Origin: Ruditapes philippinarum
Taxonomy: Eukaryota
DNA: 64,000 bases
Assembly (NCBI RefSeq): GCF_026571515.1
Contig: NW_026861919.1
Span: 62,001 to 126,000 of the forward strand
Reading direction: 5' to 3'
Made by a program: the position numbers and the translations under genes. Below are positions 52,694-64,000 of this stretch, piece by piece; the first letter of the stretch is position 1, and every line of letters begins with the position of its first letter. The notes beneath the pieces were generated by a model that made no database searches, had not been told where the DNA came from, and saw only the letters and a list, made by a program, of their open reading frames with translations.

Positions 52694-54106
52694 TGTTTCA
52701 ATTTCCCAAAATAACCTGGTTATGAACATGCTGATGATCAGTACATTAAGTTTTAGGTTTCAAGCAAAACGTTGCACAAATGTCATTTATTCAAAAATAA
52801 TATGTTGGTTTTTTTAATATAAAGAATAAAAACAATTCTTTTTTCTTTAACTCTAATCGATAATTATGAAGTCATGATTACAACAACATATTAATTCATT
52901 TATAAGGCCAGTGGCTAATTATATTCAATGCATCACGTGGAACGGATCATTTACGTTCCCCATAATTGGGATAGGTCACTCAAATTTTTTCTTCCATCAT
53001 TCCAATTGAACAAAATATTGTTGACACACATCATTATATCTACAACAGCGGAAAAGTGCACGCTGAGCGCATTTAATTAATAACATGATTTTATTCTTTA
53101 AATAATAAGTACAAAAACGTTGTTTTCTGGCGATATTACTGTGTTTTGAGTTTGCTTTGAGGATATCTTAACGAATTACATATGAATTACCTATTTCCCC
53201 TCAAAGCCGTTCTCAAATAACATTTGTTTGATCTCGGAAGCCCAATTACATCTCTTACTGTTATTGAAGGGCATATTTTTATCCCACTACATCTCCTTAA
53301 GCAAGTATACCTGCAAAAAAATTTATGAAATTGCAAAAAAAGATACTTTCTGTCCTTAAATTGTCCTTGAATTGTTGTGACAATACAGCAACACGAAACC
53401 TCCAAATGCTTTGTACTTAATATAGTTAACCTTTTCCACCACCAAAATTAACATGCCATGCTTAACCAAGGGACGTAACTCAAATTGATAATTATGCATG
53501 TCTTGCAACTTTGCCTCTTTTAAAACGATGCCAAAATGATTTAGTGCGATATATTACAGTAGCAGACCAAGCAGCACGATATGCTTTTGTACCATTTATT
53601 TTTAATCACAGCTGTTTTATTAAGACTGGTTCACAGCTATTTTATTCAAGATTGACTCACATCTATTTTATTCGAGACTTATTCACATCTGTTTTATTCG
53701 AGACTGATTTTGTCAAGCTAGCTTACGTAATATCGGTTGTTCTACTTAGATGTCCACTAGTGCATGACAAAAATGCACAAATGGGGCACCTGAGCAACGT
53801 TAAGACCCAACCAAAATAAAAAATTGAGACTACTTTATTTAAAAAAAATGAAATTAAGGAGGTTTACAGGCAATGGCTGCATTTTCCGTACATTTTTGTT
53901 GTTTAACATGTTTAAAGCACCTCATATTTATTTACAAATATATCTAATTTAATTTTCATGCAAATGCAAGGTATGCTTATAGATAGACATATGTAAGGTA
54001 GCTATTTTTAGATTACTGCTTTTCGTTTTTCTTTTTCATATCTGAGTGTTAAGCCTTTCTGGTAGAATATATTAGATAAATGACATAAAACATAAAGGGT
54101 TTGTAA

Positions 54107-55726
54107 TGCCCCGGTCACATATTCACGGATAATGCCACGGAAGAGCTACGGTCTAATCGTTCACGGATTACTACGGAAATGTGAAATTTCGTAGTCCGCT
54201 ACGGTTCCAGTACGGACACACAACGGTATGAGTACGGAGTCCGACGGATTTACCACCAAAAGCCCCCGGAGAGACACGGATTGTTACGGACCGACACGGT
54301 TCGATACGGAGCGACACGAATCAGGACGGACGCACTACGGATACACTACGGTCTGCTACGGTATAAGCACGGGTTAGTACGAATAAGTACGGTCTGATAC
54401 GGAGAAGAACGTATTGATACGGAGAAGAACGAATTGCCACGGATCTATACGGACCTAATACATCCGTCCACAACCTCTTGCTTGCTCATTTTCAAAATGC
54501 CTCAAAAGAAAAGAACACATATAAAACGAATTGCAGAGTTCAATGATTTGTAGGAGAGGACTCGGCCTAATCGAGTCCGACCCCCGAGACACATCAGGTC
54601 CGATTAAAGTGAATTTCTTGAAGGACCCTGGATCCTCAACAAGTTCGGCCATGAGAGCCTCATACTACAACATGAAGCGGTCTTCGTAAAAGCCCATCTC
54701 TAGTCCACCATCTCGTCTGTCTTCTCTTACCTGATTAGATATGGACTAGTAATCATTAATGAAAAATGTTGATCAATACTGCTTCTCTTTTAATTTTAAG
54801 ATTTGCTGTTCATCTTACAATTACAATAATTATCGTGATGTTTATGTTTTAGAAATATGTAAAAAGCTTGTTAATTAATCTTATTATCACTCAAGGGCCA
54901 GCTTCCGAGGCTTATGAGACACTTCGTTTTATGTACATATTTACTCTTATTTCACGATCCAATGTTTGTAAAATATGTAACATTAAATGTTATTCTATTA
55001 CTTATGAATTGTAGTACGATATTAATATAAATTTACTTCTATGTATGTCATCAAGCAGCTCGACCACTGCCTCCGCATTCTGAGCCATTTCAATATAAAG
55101 TTGCAGCCAGTAAATGGCAATTATCATTTATTAAATGTTTCCGCAAATATGTCTGTTTTTTAACAAGAAGGTAGTATTTATACCCTTGAAAAAGTACATG
55201 ATACTTAATTCATCCGTACTAAACAGTGGTGGACCGTACCATTCCGTACCGTTTCGTGTTGCAACGCAATAAACCGTATAAGACCGTGCTAATCCTTGCC
55301 TCTCCGTAGTACAACGTATTACGATCGTGGCTTTCCGTGACAATGCCGTATTAATCCGTATTAAAACCGTAGCTTATACGTAGGGTAACCGTACAAATAC
55401 GTAGTTCTCCGTACAAAACCGTGGAAATCCTTGACAAGTTGGTGGACTACGAATCAATACGGACTAGTACGGTTTTCGTACGGACCAGTACGTATCAGTA
55501 CGGATTAATACGGACTAGTACGGATACGCTACGGTTGATTTTTCCGTAGCAAATTTTTGTGCATGTTCAAAAATTGTCAAGGATCGCTACGGATATACAA
55601 GGACAACTACGATTGATTACGGTTACAATACGGAGAGCTACTGACCAGTACGGGTAGCTACGGACGATGCCGGAATTAATCCGTGGCTCTTCCGTGGGCG
55701 TATTCCGTGAATATGTGACCGGGGTA
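54107..55726 (-). mobile_element. Internally deleted PIF/Harbinger DNA transposon
   Basis: TIR TRCCCCGGTCACATATTCACGGA. TAA TSD at 54104-54106 and 55727-55729. Minus-strand remnant YEALMAELVEDPGSFKKF resembles the Harbinger transposase N-terminus. Dense ACGG subterminal repeats. Confidence 0.88.
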
Positions 55727-56834
55727 TAAACTTTATCTATGGTTGTGCACTGAATCGTGCTCAAGAATTAGCAAATGAATTGGAAGTTATTTTTATTATT
55801 TTACTCTTAATATATCGATATAGGTTTCACATATATCTTATTCATGATACATGTATTTGTATAGAGTAACGAAACAAATGAAAAACAGAATGTTTGAGAG
55901 TGTGTGCTTTTAGATCATTGTGGTTAAAGTATCATATTCAATATATCTATCTATCTATCTCATTATCCAGATAATTCAATGCCTCAGCTCTGGATATGTA
56001 TTACTTTATTCTCCTTCGTGAATGACAAGTACAGTGTATACTATTTTATGATATAAAAACAAGTTAACTGTTAACGCTTTATCAACTGGAACCTTGCGTT
56101 TCTCAGATGTGAAGACCTAAGCCAGCCTGCACGTCTGTACACTCTGGCTATGCTATTTGGTAATTCGTGTTCTACTGTATTTTTATATATCAATTCTTTT
56201 AAATTTGAACTGTTTGAACTTTGGACTGTATCAAAAACATTGCAAGGCAAAACCCTTTAGCAAACAGTAGGCAAAGGGCTTATCAATGTTTTAACTGTGG
56301 ATGAATACAATTGCAAAGCTAAAACAATACTGTTAAGATTGAATGGGAAATAAAGATGAACATATGCTATTTCTTATTTATAAGTTTGTGATATCAATTG
56401 TTATAGTATGCTATTGTAAATTCCGTTACATTCATTTGTTATACAGGAAGTTTACGTATTTATATCATATGATTATGTTGTTTTATTCAGTCTTGTTGTT
56501 ATCAAATTATTGTGTGTTTATTTATATATATTTTATACATGGTGTTACGAACCAATGTTCAACATTCCCATTCTGTGTGTAAAATGTCATAGATATTTAC
56601 AGAAGTGTGATTTTAGTCATTTTATTTCGTTGTGGTATATTTATTTTAAAGAAATGATATTGTATATAAAAATGTAACTGTTGATTTTTTATTTCCTCAA
56701 GTGTTATGAATGATATGCAAGAACAAAATAAAATGTAGCAGTAATGTTAATGTTATTTTTTCACTGCTTGACAGTTACTTCCATGCTGAAATTCATAAAA
56801 CGTATTTTAGCATGAGATAAACTACAGGCCATTA

Positions 56835-57015
56835 CAGTAAAATTTGTGTTAAAGACCAGCTCCGATTAAAGACCACCGTGTAAATAAAGACTAATATTTC
56901 ACAAACCTTCATTCATAAAAAACAACAGAGTGAACTCCGAATAATGACCACTTGTCTATAAAGGTCATGTATGATTTATTTTTATTTATATTGCCTTCAA
57001 CCTAACGTTTGACTA
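56835..57015. mobile_element. Tc1/mariner-type MITE, degenerate
   Basis: TA|CAGTAAAA...GTTTGACTA with TAAAGACCA repeats, reverse complement of the 44829-44999 family. Confidence 0.65.
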
Positions 57016-60000
57016 TATATGTAATTTATAGTACTTAAAGCGATTATATACATGAAATGTTGTGACACTATATTCTTTCAAAAACCTTGATGTTTATTTT
57101 TTATAAAAACAAGAAGTGAAATACATCGAAATACATTGACATTTCTTCTGGAAACTGTCGGTTCCAGTAATAAATTAGACCAAATGTTTTCACCTATCGT
57201 TAAGATCATTTTCACAGACTTTATAATCAAGCAACACGTTACAGAGTTATTAGCGGTTTGTCAAATATAGTTTCTTTTTTTATGTTATCGTCAAGATACA
57301 CATGTAATCTCGTTTTATAAGTTAAGCGTTTTGAAAAATCTTTCATTAATACTTACCGTGTACCTTTAAATGTAAGTGATATAAAACGGATTGCATTTTA
57401 AATTAAGTAGCCATGTACATGTAGAATATCGAATTCTAAGATTTGTAACTGATACTACGTCTATTTAATATTTAAGCAAGCTACATTGTAACAATATTGA
57501 CAAAATGTTTTTATTCATTTTCTTGTTTCTTTTTCTTTCAATGTTCTGGAACAGAAATTTATTTGGATTTGGTCAGGCTAGGCTAACAAACGTGCAATTT
57601 GACAAGGCCCTTACTGGTTGTTGATACATGTTAAGTTTTATTAAAACATTCCTATTATTAATAATCACGTTATGTATTGATATAAGACTGACGATAAATC
57701 CAGTCTTTAAAGAAATCGTGAAATTTGTATTCCTACACATATATAGTACTTTTTTGGCTGTTTCCAATCCTGATTTCATTGAATTTGTTCTAAAGCAAGA
57801 ATAGCAATATGAAGCGCATTCGGCTTTTGAAGACAAGCCGTGCATAACGGTGAAAATTAACAAAGAAGGCGGAATCTTTTACACATCATTCAAATGTTCT
57901 ACCTTTGTTTAGTCAGTTGTGTAAAGATATAATCGATCCCTTTCTGTTCAATGACATTATGGTAGCACTGCTCTGTTCTCGGAATTGAAATACCAAATTC
58001 TTAAAATACTTAAGCTATTTATTCAAATGCAATTATTTTGTTGTCATCGGGCCCTTGTGATCTTGCTTATACTGCGATAATGACCAATTCTATAATTCTA
58101 CAATTCTAAATATTGGAGTTATACAAGTTTCTTTAAGAAACCCAACATATTAAAGGTTTAACAAAGAATTTTTCGTTGATGACAAGAAAATATCTTTTTC
58201 TAGAACATAAGGTCGTTGATACTGCAGTCAAGTACAAGGAAAAATATCCTTTTCTCAACAAACAAATTCAAAAATAGCAACCAAGACGTAATACATGTAT
58301 TCGCTGCTAGATTGATAGTGATTTATATCTAATTAAGTTAACATGCATTCTTAAAAATGCAGGTATTGCCATTTGCCTTTCATTTGATTTTTAAGAGTTA
58401 TTGAAAATATGCTCAAATATTTCTGGAAACATTTGCCCTAATTATAGGACACTATTCGTTCTCGAGAAAGTAAGGTACTGCAAAAATTGTTTATGCCTTA
58501 TTTAGAAAGGAAATTGACTTTTGTCAATGTATCACTGTCAGTCTTACCTTTACTGTACAAAGGAAATATCTTTATCGGTTTTATCACAAAGGTTGCACAT
58601 GGAGGCCGCCATTGTACCATGTGACTGAAAGTAGTTCCAGTATTTCATCTTATAATGTCAAAAATCTTTTGTAGATCTTTTGAGATCAAATTAATAATTT
58701 GTTGCACCATTTTGTGAAAATATTCCATATCAGGCTTATCAGTTTTTGAAAAACTCGGTTACGTAATCTCTGCTACAAAATGCAACAAACAGCAATTTTC
58801 ATAACCACGTAATTAACGCGATGACAACTGTATGTAAAATGTGTTACTGTAATCATCAAGAAAAAATGTTCAGCAATTATAATGTATGGGCCCTACTTTA
58901 TCAAACTATTTTATATAATTATATAAAACATACGAAACATAAAACAGAAGGATGTAGGTAATATGCACTTTAATAAAAGTATAATTAAGTTAATGACAGA
59001 TATGTTGGTGAGGATGAAATTGTAAATGGTTTATTTATGAATATATATATAAATTTACATGACTGTCCGTCTGTTTTGACAATACTTCATCTATGTTTGC
59101 ATAAGCATATTTTGGTATCCCGCGGAATTATCAGCAAAAACAAGGAAACTAAAATTCGCGTAAGTGACAGTTGGAACCGCCTTATTCGTAATAAATAAGA
59201 ATTAAAACATAGTAGAACAGAGTATGGTATACAAAGGAATAAAATTGTAGGACAGCATAATGATTTGTTGTTTTTTCTACTTCAAATGTGATGTACTATT
59301 GATTGCATATGTTTTATTTTGCACCGTTCTTTGCGCATATACATTTACATGTATATGAATATACACATGTGTATAATAGAGGAATTCAAACATTCCATGT
59401 TATGTTACGTTATACTCCGTATGTAGAGACACCATTATATATATATCTGAGAAAAAGGCATTAACTTTCAAATTATTTTTCCCCATACGTTATCACCAAT
59501 GCCTTTCTTTTGAAAGTGTAAATTTTGATAGGAATCATAAAATCTTATCATTTCGATTACGTTTAACACAGGCAAGAAAATAAGTGTTATACATACATGC
59601 ACGAGATAGTTAAATTATATGAATATTTATTATGTATTATTTTCAAAATCAAAGTTTAAAAATAGTTTCGCCAATATTTGAAGTTATGATTATGAAAGCC
59701 AACAGAATAGTCGTACAAATATTTTTTAGGAACAATTTCGTTGTAAATGTATTAGAGAGTTTTTGCTATAGAAAAAAAGCGTTCCCCGTAAATAATGTTA
59801 CACTCTTGTCAATGTGTGTATCTCTGTTGTTTGGGTTTAACGTCACATTAACACAACACTGGTCATATCGCGCTGAACGCTTTCTTTTTTTAATAGTTTA
59901 ACGTTTAAGTAAATTTAATTCGTAGTGGCATGTACATTAATATATCATTTTATAAAGCATATTTAAAGCTATTCGATGAAATTAGAATCAAAAGGTTTTA

Positions 60001-60443
60001 GCTATGCTTAATGTAATAAACATGTACATGTATCTTACTTATGAGAAGAAAAATAATAATTGAACTTTATGTGTCAAAACTAGTTAAAAACATAGATATC
60101 AGTTTTGGAATAATTTCCTCCAAAAAACACAAGATAAACACACAAAAGCAATACAACAAAATAGCCTGATACCTTACAATTTGGGAAATTGAAACTCGTA
60201 TCGTTACTTAAATGTCTTAGCTTTATACAGAAAAAAGACAGAGCTAATTTCCGGTAGGTTTGACAATATAAAGACCGATTAAATACAAAGTGAACGTGAT
60301 AATGCAAATACCAATCATATTAGTAAATTGTAGCAAATTTTAATAGTCTAATCTTAGTTTGTGAAAATTTCCTAAATTGCAAAGTTGTTGGACAGATTTA
60401 ATATGTGCTTTAATTTATTAATTGTTTTATTAATATATCATCA

Positions 60444-60680
60444 GCCCACATAGCTCAACAGAAAGAGAGCATTTGATTTGTAATTCAAAAAATGCTTGTT
60501 GAGGCGTATTTTCTCCATGACAACTGATCATAAACATTGAGTCTCATGGTTATCAGTCTCTCACCGCTGATTCAGAAAGGATATTTTTATTTAGTAGTCT
60601 AATGCGGAGAAATAATTGATTCTTGGTAAGTATTTCATGAGAGCCGGTTTGGATGACCGACCGTGGAGATAAAACACCCT
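60444..60680 (+). mobile_element. Degenerate tRNA-headed SINE
   Basis: GCCCACATAGCTCAACAG..AGAGCA.TTGATTTGTAAT tRNA-like 5' half followed by CTCTCACCGCTGATTCA, a SINE-body-like sequence. B-box is lost. Confidence 0.45.
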
Positions 60681-61619
60681 CTATTTAGTGGTATTCCTAT
60701 TAGGCCCCTATTAAGCAACGAACACTAGCTGTATAATTAACAGATATTAATTTAAACAAGACTATTGGTTCTAATTTGCTTTCTATATCTTTGTTGTTGA
60801 CTTTAGTTTCAGGTTCAAACTCTCATTTAAAACCAATTTATAGTCAATATCTTGATCATTGTGGTAAAAGAGAGTTATCAAACAGTTTATGAATTACTAG
60901 AAATTAAGAAAGTCTTTCATGCCTTTAATATGAAATTATTCGTAGTTCATCTAAACGGAGAAATCATTTCGCACGATGTTCAAAGATCAGAATTTTATAA
61001 CAACGGTTTTATAAGTGTTTTGACTGTTACTTTTCCTAATTGAAAAATCTGTCAAATTATTGCTGAAAACGTTCTTCGGGTTTACAACTGTTTATTGTTT
61101 AGAAGTACAATTCTCGGTGTTCTGGTACATGTTCAAAAAGTAATCTCTCATACGACAATACGCAACAAATTAAACGCTCACAATATGCTTATGCTGCCAA
61201 CAACATAACGACAATCGAGTGAAGATCAATGTCAATTTACGGAATCTAAAAAGAAATAAAACATAGCCAAAAGAAATAATAAGAAGAATGGATTGTATCT
61301 TAAAATATAAGTGTACTTCGGAGAGTAATACAAATACGAAGAGCGATTACAAATTCTAATAAATTTCGTGTTTTGTGTACGAATCCGATACAGTATGCAT
61401 ATTACTATCTTTGCTAGAGAGAATAATGCCTTTTCGAGTACGGTGACCACTGAAATTGTCTTATATATAATAAATTAGAATAAAACTATTATATTGTGAC
61501 ATTACTCAAAAGTGAGAGCAACAAAGCAGTGCTTTATTATACTAAGAAACATCACAAATGTAGCAATTTGAAAACAATCTTATATGTATAATGAGGATAC
61601 ATTGTTGAGTATAAAATAT

Positions 61620-62110
61620 GATAAACAAGATCAACAAGGAAAAGCGACGTTCAATGAACGCAACTCCCACACGACCCAGCAACAAGAACTATTGCAAGGA
61701 GCCCAGGAGGACTACAAACAAAAACAGGACAGGGCGCAAGGCACGAAAATGATACATAAGAAGAAATAATAGTAACCGACAAGGAAATTAAAATCAAAGA
61801 AAACAATTAAATGATTGACTTATCAAAAGGCAACAGGGGAAGGGGATAGGACATTCGCTAAAGGGGAGGGGAGCAAAATTAAAGAAATAAAACTAGGGAC
61901 AAACGGAAAGATACTTACCGTAGACGAGAAAACAACAAGAGACACAAAAATGTGTCACCAAAACAGTATGAAGAAACATGACATACACCAGAGGAACACA
62001 GAGGGGCGCCACCTTGGAAGGGTCAGCAGCATAAGTACAACTAGGGAGTTTAAACCGGTTAATGTTGCACCACACCTCACTCTTAGCCCCACCATGTTAC
62101 TATGAACGGG
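61620..62110. repeat. Unclassified interspersed repeat (short relative at about 27795-27862)
   Basis: CAAGGAAA.G...GTTCAAT.AACGCA...CCAGC...AGGAGCCCAGGAGGAC is shared between the two loci. Confidence 0.5.
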
Positions 62111-63144
62111 ACAGTGAATTTCTAACAGTTGTTATGTAATACTGAATTATTTTGGGCGAGTTAACAAATATTAGAATTATTTAAGGGCTATGTGAGTTCA
62201 CATAAATATTTCACGATTCAACCCAAATCGTAATTTTTGTTCTAAAATAAATTGTTTTCTGTGGAATAGAAAGGTTTTTATTATTGCATCAATTTACGTT
62301 CTTGGTTAAACTATAATAGTTTTTTTGTGCATATCGTGTTTTTTCCTCTTTGCCTATATGTTTCAACTGCTTATAAATTATTAATCTTCTTAATTTAATC
62401 GCATTTTATAAAATAAAATTGTTTTCATTATAGTATCAATTTACATTCTACATAACTGATTTTTTCTTTTAGATTTTATATGTATTTAAAAAAATATTCA
62501 AATGCATGCATCAATTGTAAAACATAGTATTTTACACTTTTCACCAATGTAAACCAAAGCTATAATCGTGTTCAAAGTATATATATTTTAGTTTTCATAC
62601 ATAATTTTTCAATCAATTGTTTTCTTGAAGATAACTATTTCTATTTTCTTCAATTTCAGTTTCCTTTTCAACAACTTCAGAACCATTAGAGGATATGAAT
62701 ATATACACTTGAACATTTGACCACATTGATTTCATTTCCTGTAATTTTTCATCATTTGACAGTAAGTCATTCTTAAGGTGTTTTCCTCTAACTTACCATT
62801 ATCATTATAAATAGTCTGTCAGTCCCATTTCATCACAAATTAACAAACGCCAGAATCTGCTTTCAGTCAATTTATTTCAGACAAGACGCGAAAATAACAA
62901 TACAAATCGTCTTATCGTCTATTATCTGAAATCCATTTCCTTAAAGAAGTCTAAGCACAGAAAAACTGTCATCCAAAGTGTTATTCCTTGACTGATGGGA
63001 TTATAAATAAATGAAAGTTGTCCATTTGTGTTTTGTTTGTATGACGTACCGATATAAGTTTACACGGAATTACAAAGTGAACAGGAATTTGTTATGTTTA
63101 TTCGATATTGTACTAACATATACAAATTAATGTTCGTTTATATT

Positions 63145-63175
<31 letters not shown>
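63145..63175 (+). repeat. (AAC)n microsatellite
   Basis: Directly visible. Confidence 0.95.
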
Positions 63176-64000
63176 TAAACTTTATTTAGCTCAAGCAATG
63201 ATAACAAGCATGTGAGCATACAGCGAATAATACCAAAAAAAACAACTTGTGAGGTCACATGACAGATTGTTTGCTTAACGGGGTTGACAATAGTGATAGT
63301 GTGTTACTCCATTTATTTTTTTGAAAAGGACTATAAATTCTTGTCTGGGAATGTTATTTCATCTTGCTCTTATGGTAAAAAATCACGCCCCCTAGCACCG
63401 GATTGAGCGGTACTCAATTCTCAACAATTAATAGTGCTGGCATCAATGATCCCGAAGTTATCAACTTTATTTTGATAACTTTAAAGTTTTCAACTTTATT
63501 TTGTTTTTATCAAGGATATTCCAAGCATCATAAATTTTACTAAAAGTCAATACAGACTGTAAAGAGATCTAAAAGACAAAAAAATAGATATATATATTTG
63601 CAAGTAACATTTTGAGAAAAGGCTGTCTACATTGAATGTCTACTTTTCGACACAACTTGATGATGATTATTTCGTCACGGGGGCAATAAAACATATGTAA
63701 GCGTCTGCTAGTTTATTGTTGTCTTCTTCCAATACACATTGTTTGTTTTAAGCAGACGATAATATCGAAAATAATATCATATCTTACGCAATTAACTTGA
63801 AGTCCGCATAATATATTTCCGTTCAAGTAATTTTTAATCGTGTGAATACGTTTGCTTATGATTGTATCGTTTAAAATATTTTTGCCTTGTTTGACTTAAT
63901 GATAATAAATTAGATATTTTATTTTATTGTAAAAAGCCTAAAATGTAAATTTAGCGGTCATTTTAGACAATCGAAAGAATATTTCATACAAAAATTAGGT

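Noticed and set aside
60444-60500. Possible tRNA gene
   Set aside because: Only the 5' half is tRNA-like, with no T-arm/B-box. Treated as a decayed SINE head.

Overview
AT-rich eukaryotic DNA, probably from a bivalve mollusc (inferred from the repeat types), with one assembly gap (3983-4120). It holds one host gene: a 13-exon vesicular glutamate transporter (VGLUT, SLC17A6/7/8 / eat-4 family) on the + strand, CDS 21527-52267, about 646 aa. All intron phases are compatible, and intron 1 is 20 kb. Much of the rest is mobile DNA. This includes two 5'-truncated LINEs, two young LTR retroelements that lack protease/RT/RNase H, several tRNA-derived SINEs, a deleted PIF/Harbinger, a Helentron/HINE-like element carrying a ~157-bp satellite, Tc1/mariner MITEs and two long-hairpin elements. 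The most unusual object is a complete 2.65-kb LTR element (11081-13728) with 733-bp near-identical LTRs, a CTAG TSD and a PPT. Its only ORF encodes an intact 294-aa protein with Gag-type zinc knuckles at the N-terminus, a long coiled coil and an R/G/Q-rich tail, and no recognisable capsid or Pol. The second LTR element (28838-34136) keeps gag, and only a single TAG-CAA plus a hairpin separates gag from an in-frame integrase C-terminal remnant. All calls were made by eye; no database searches were run.
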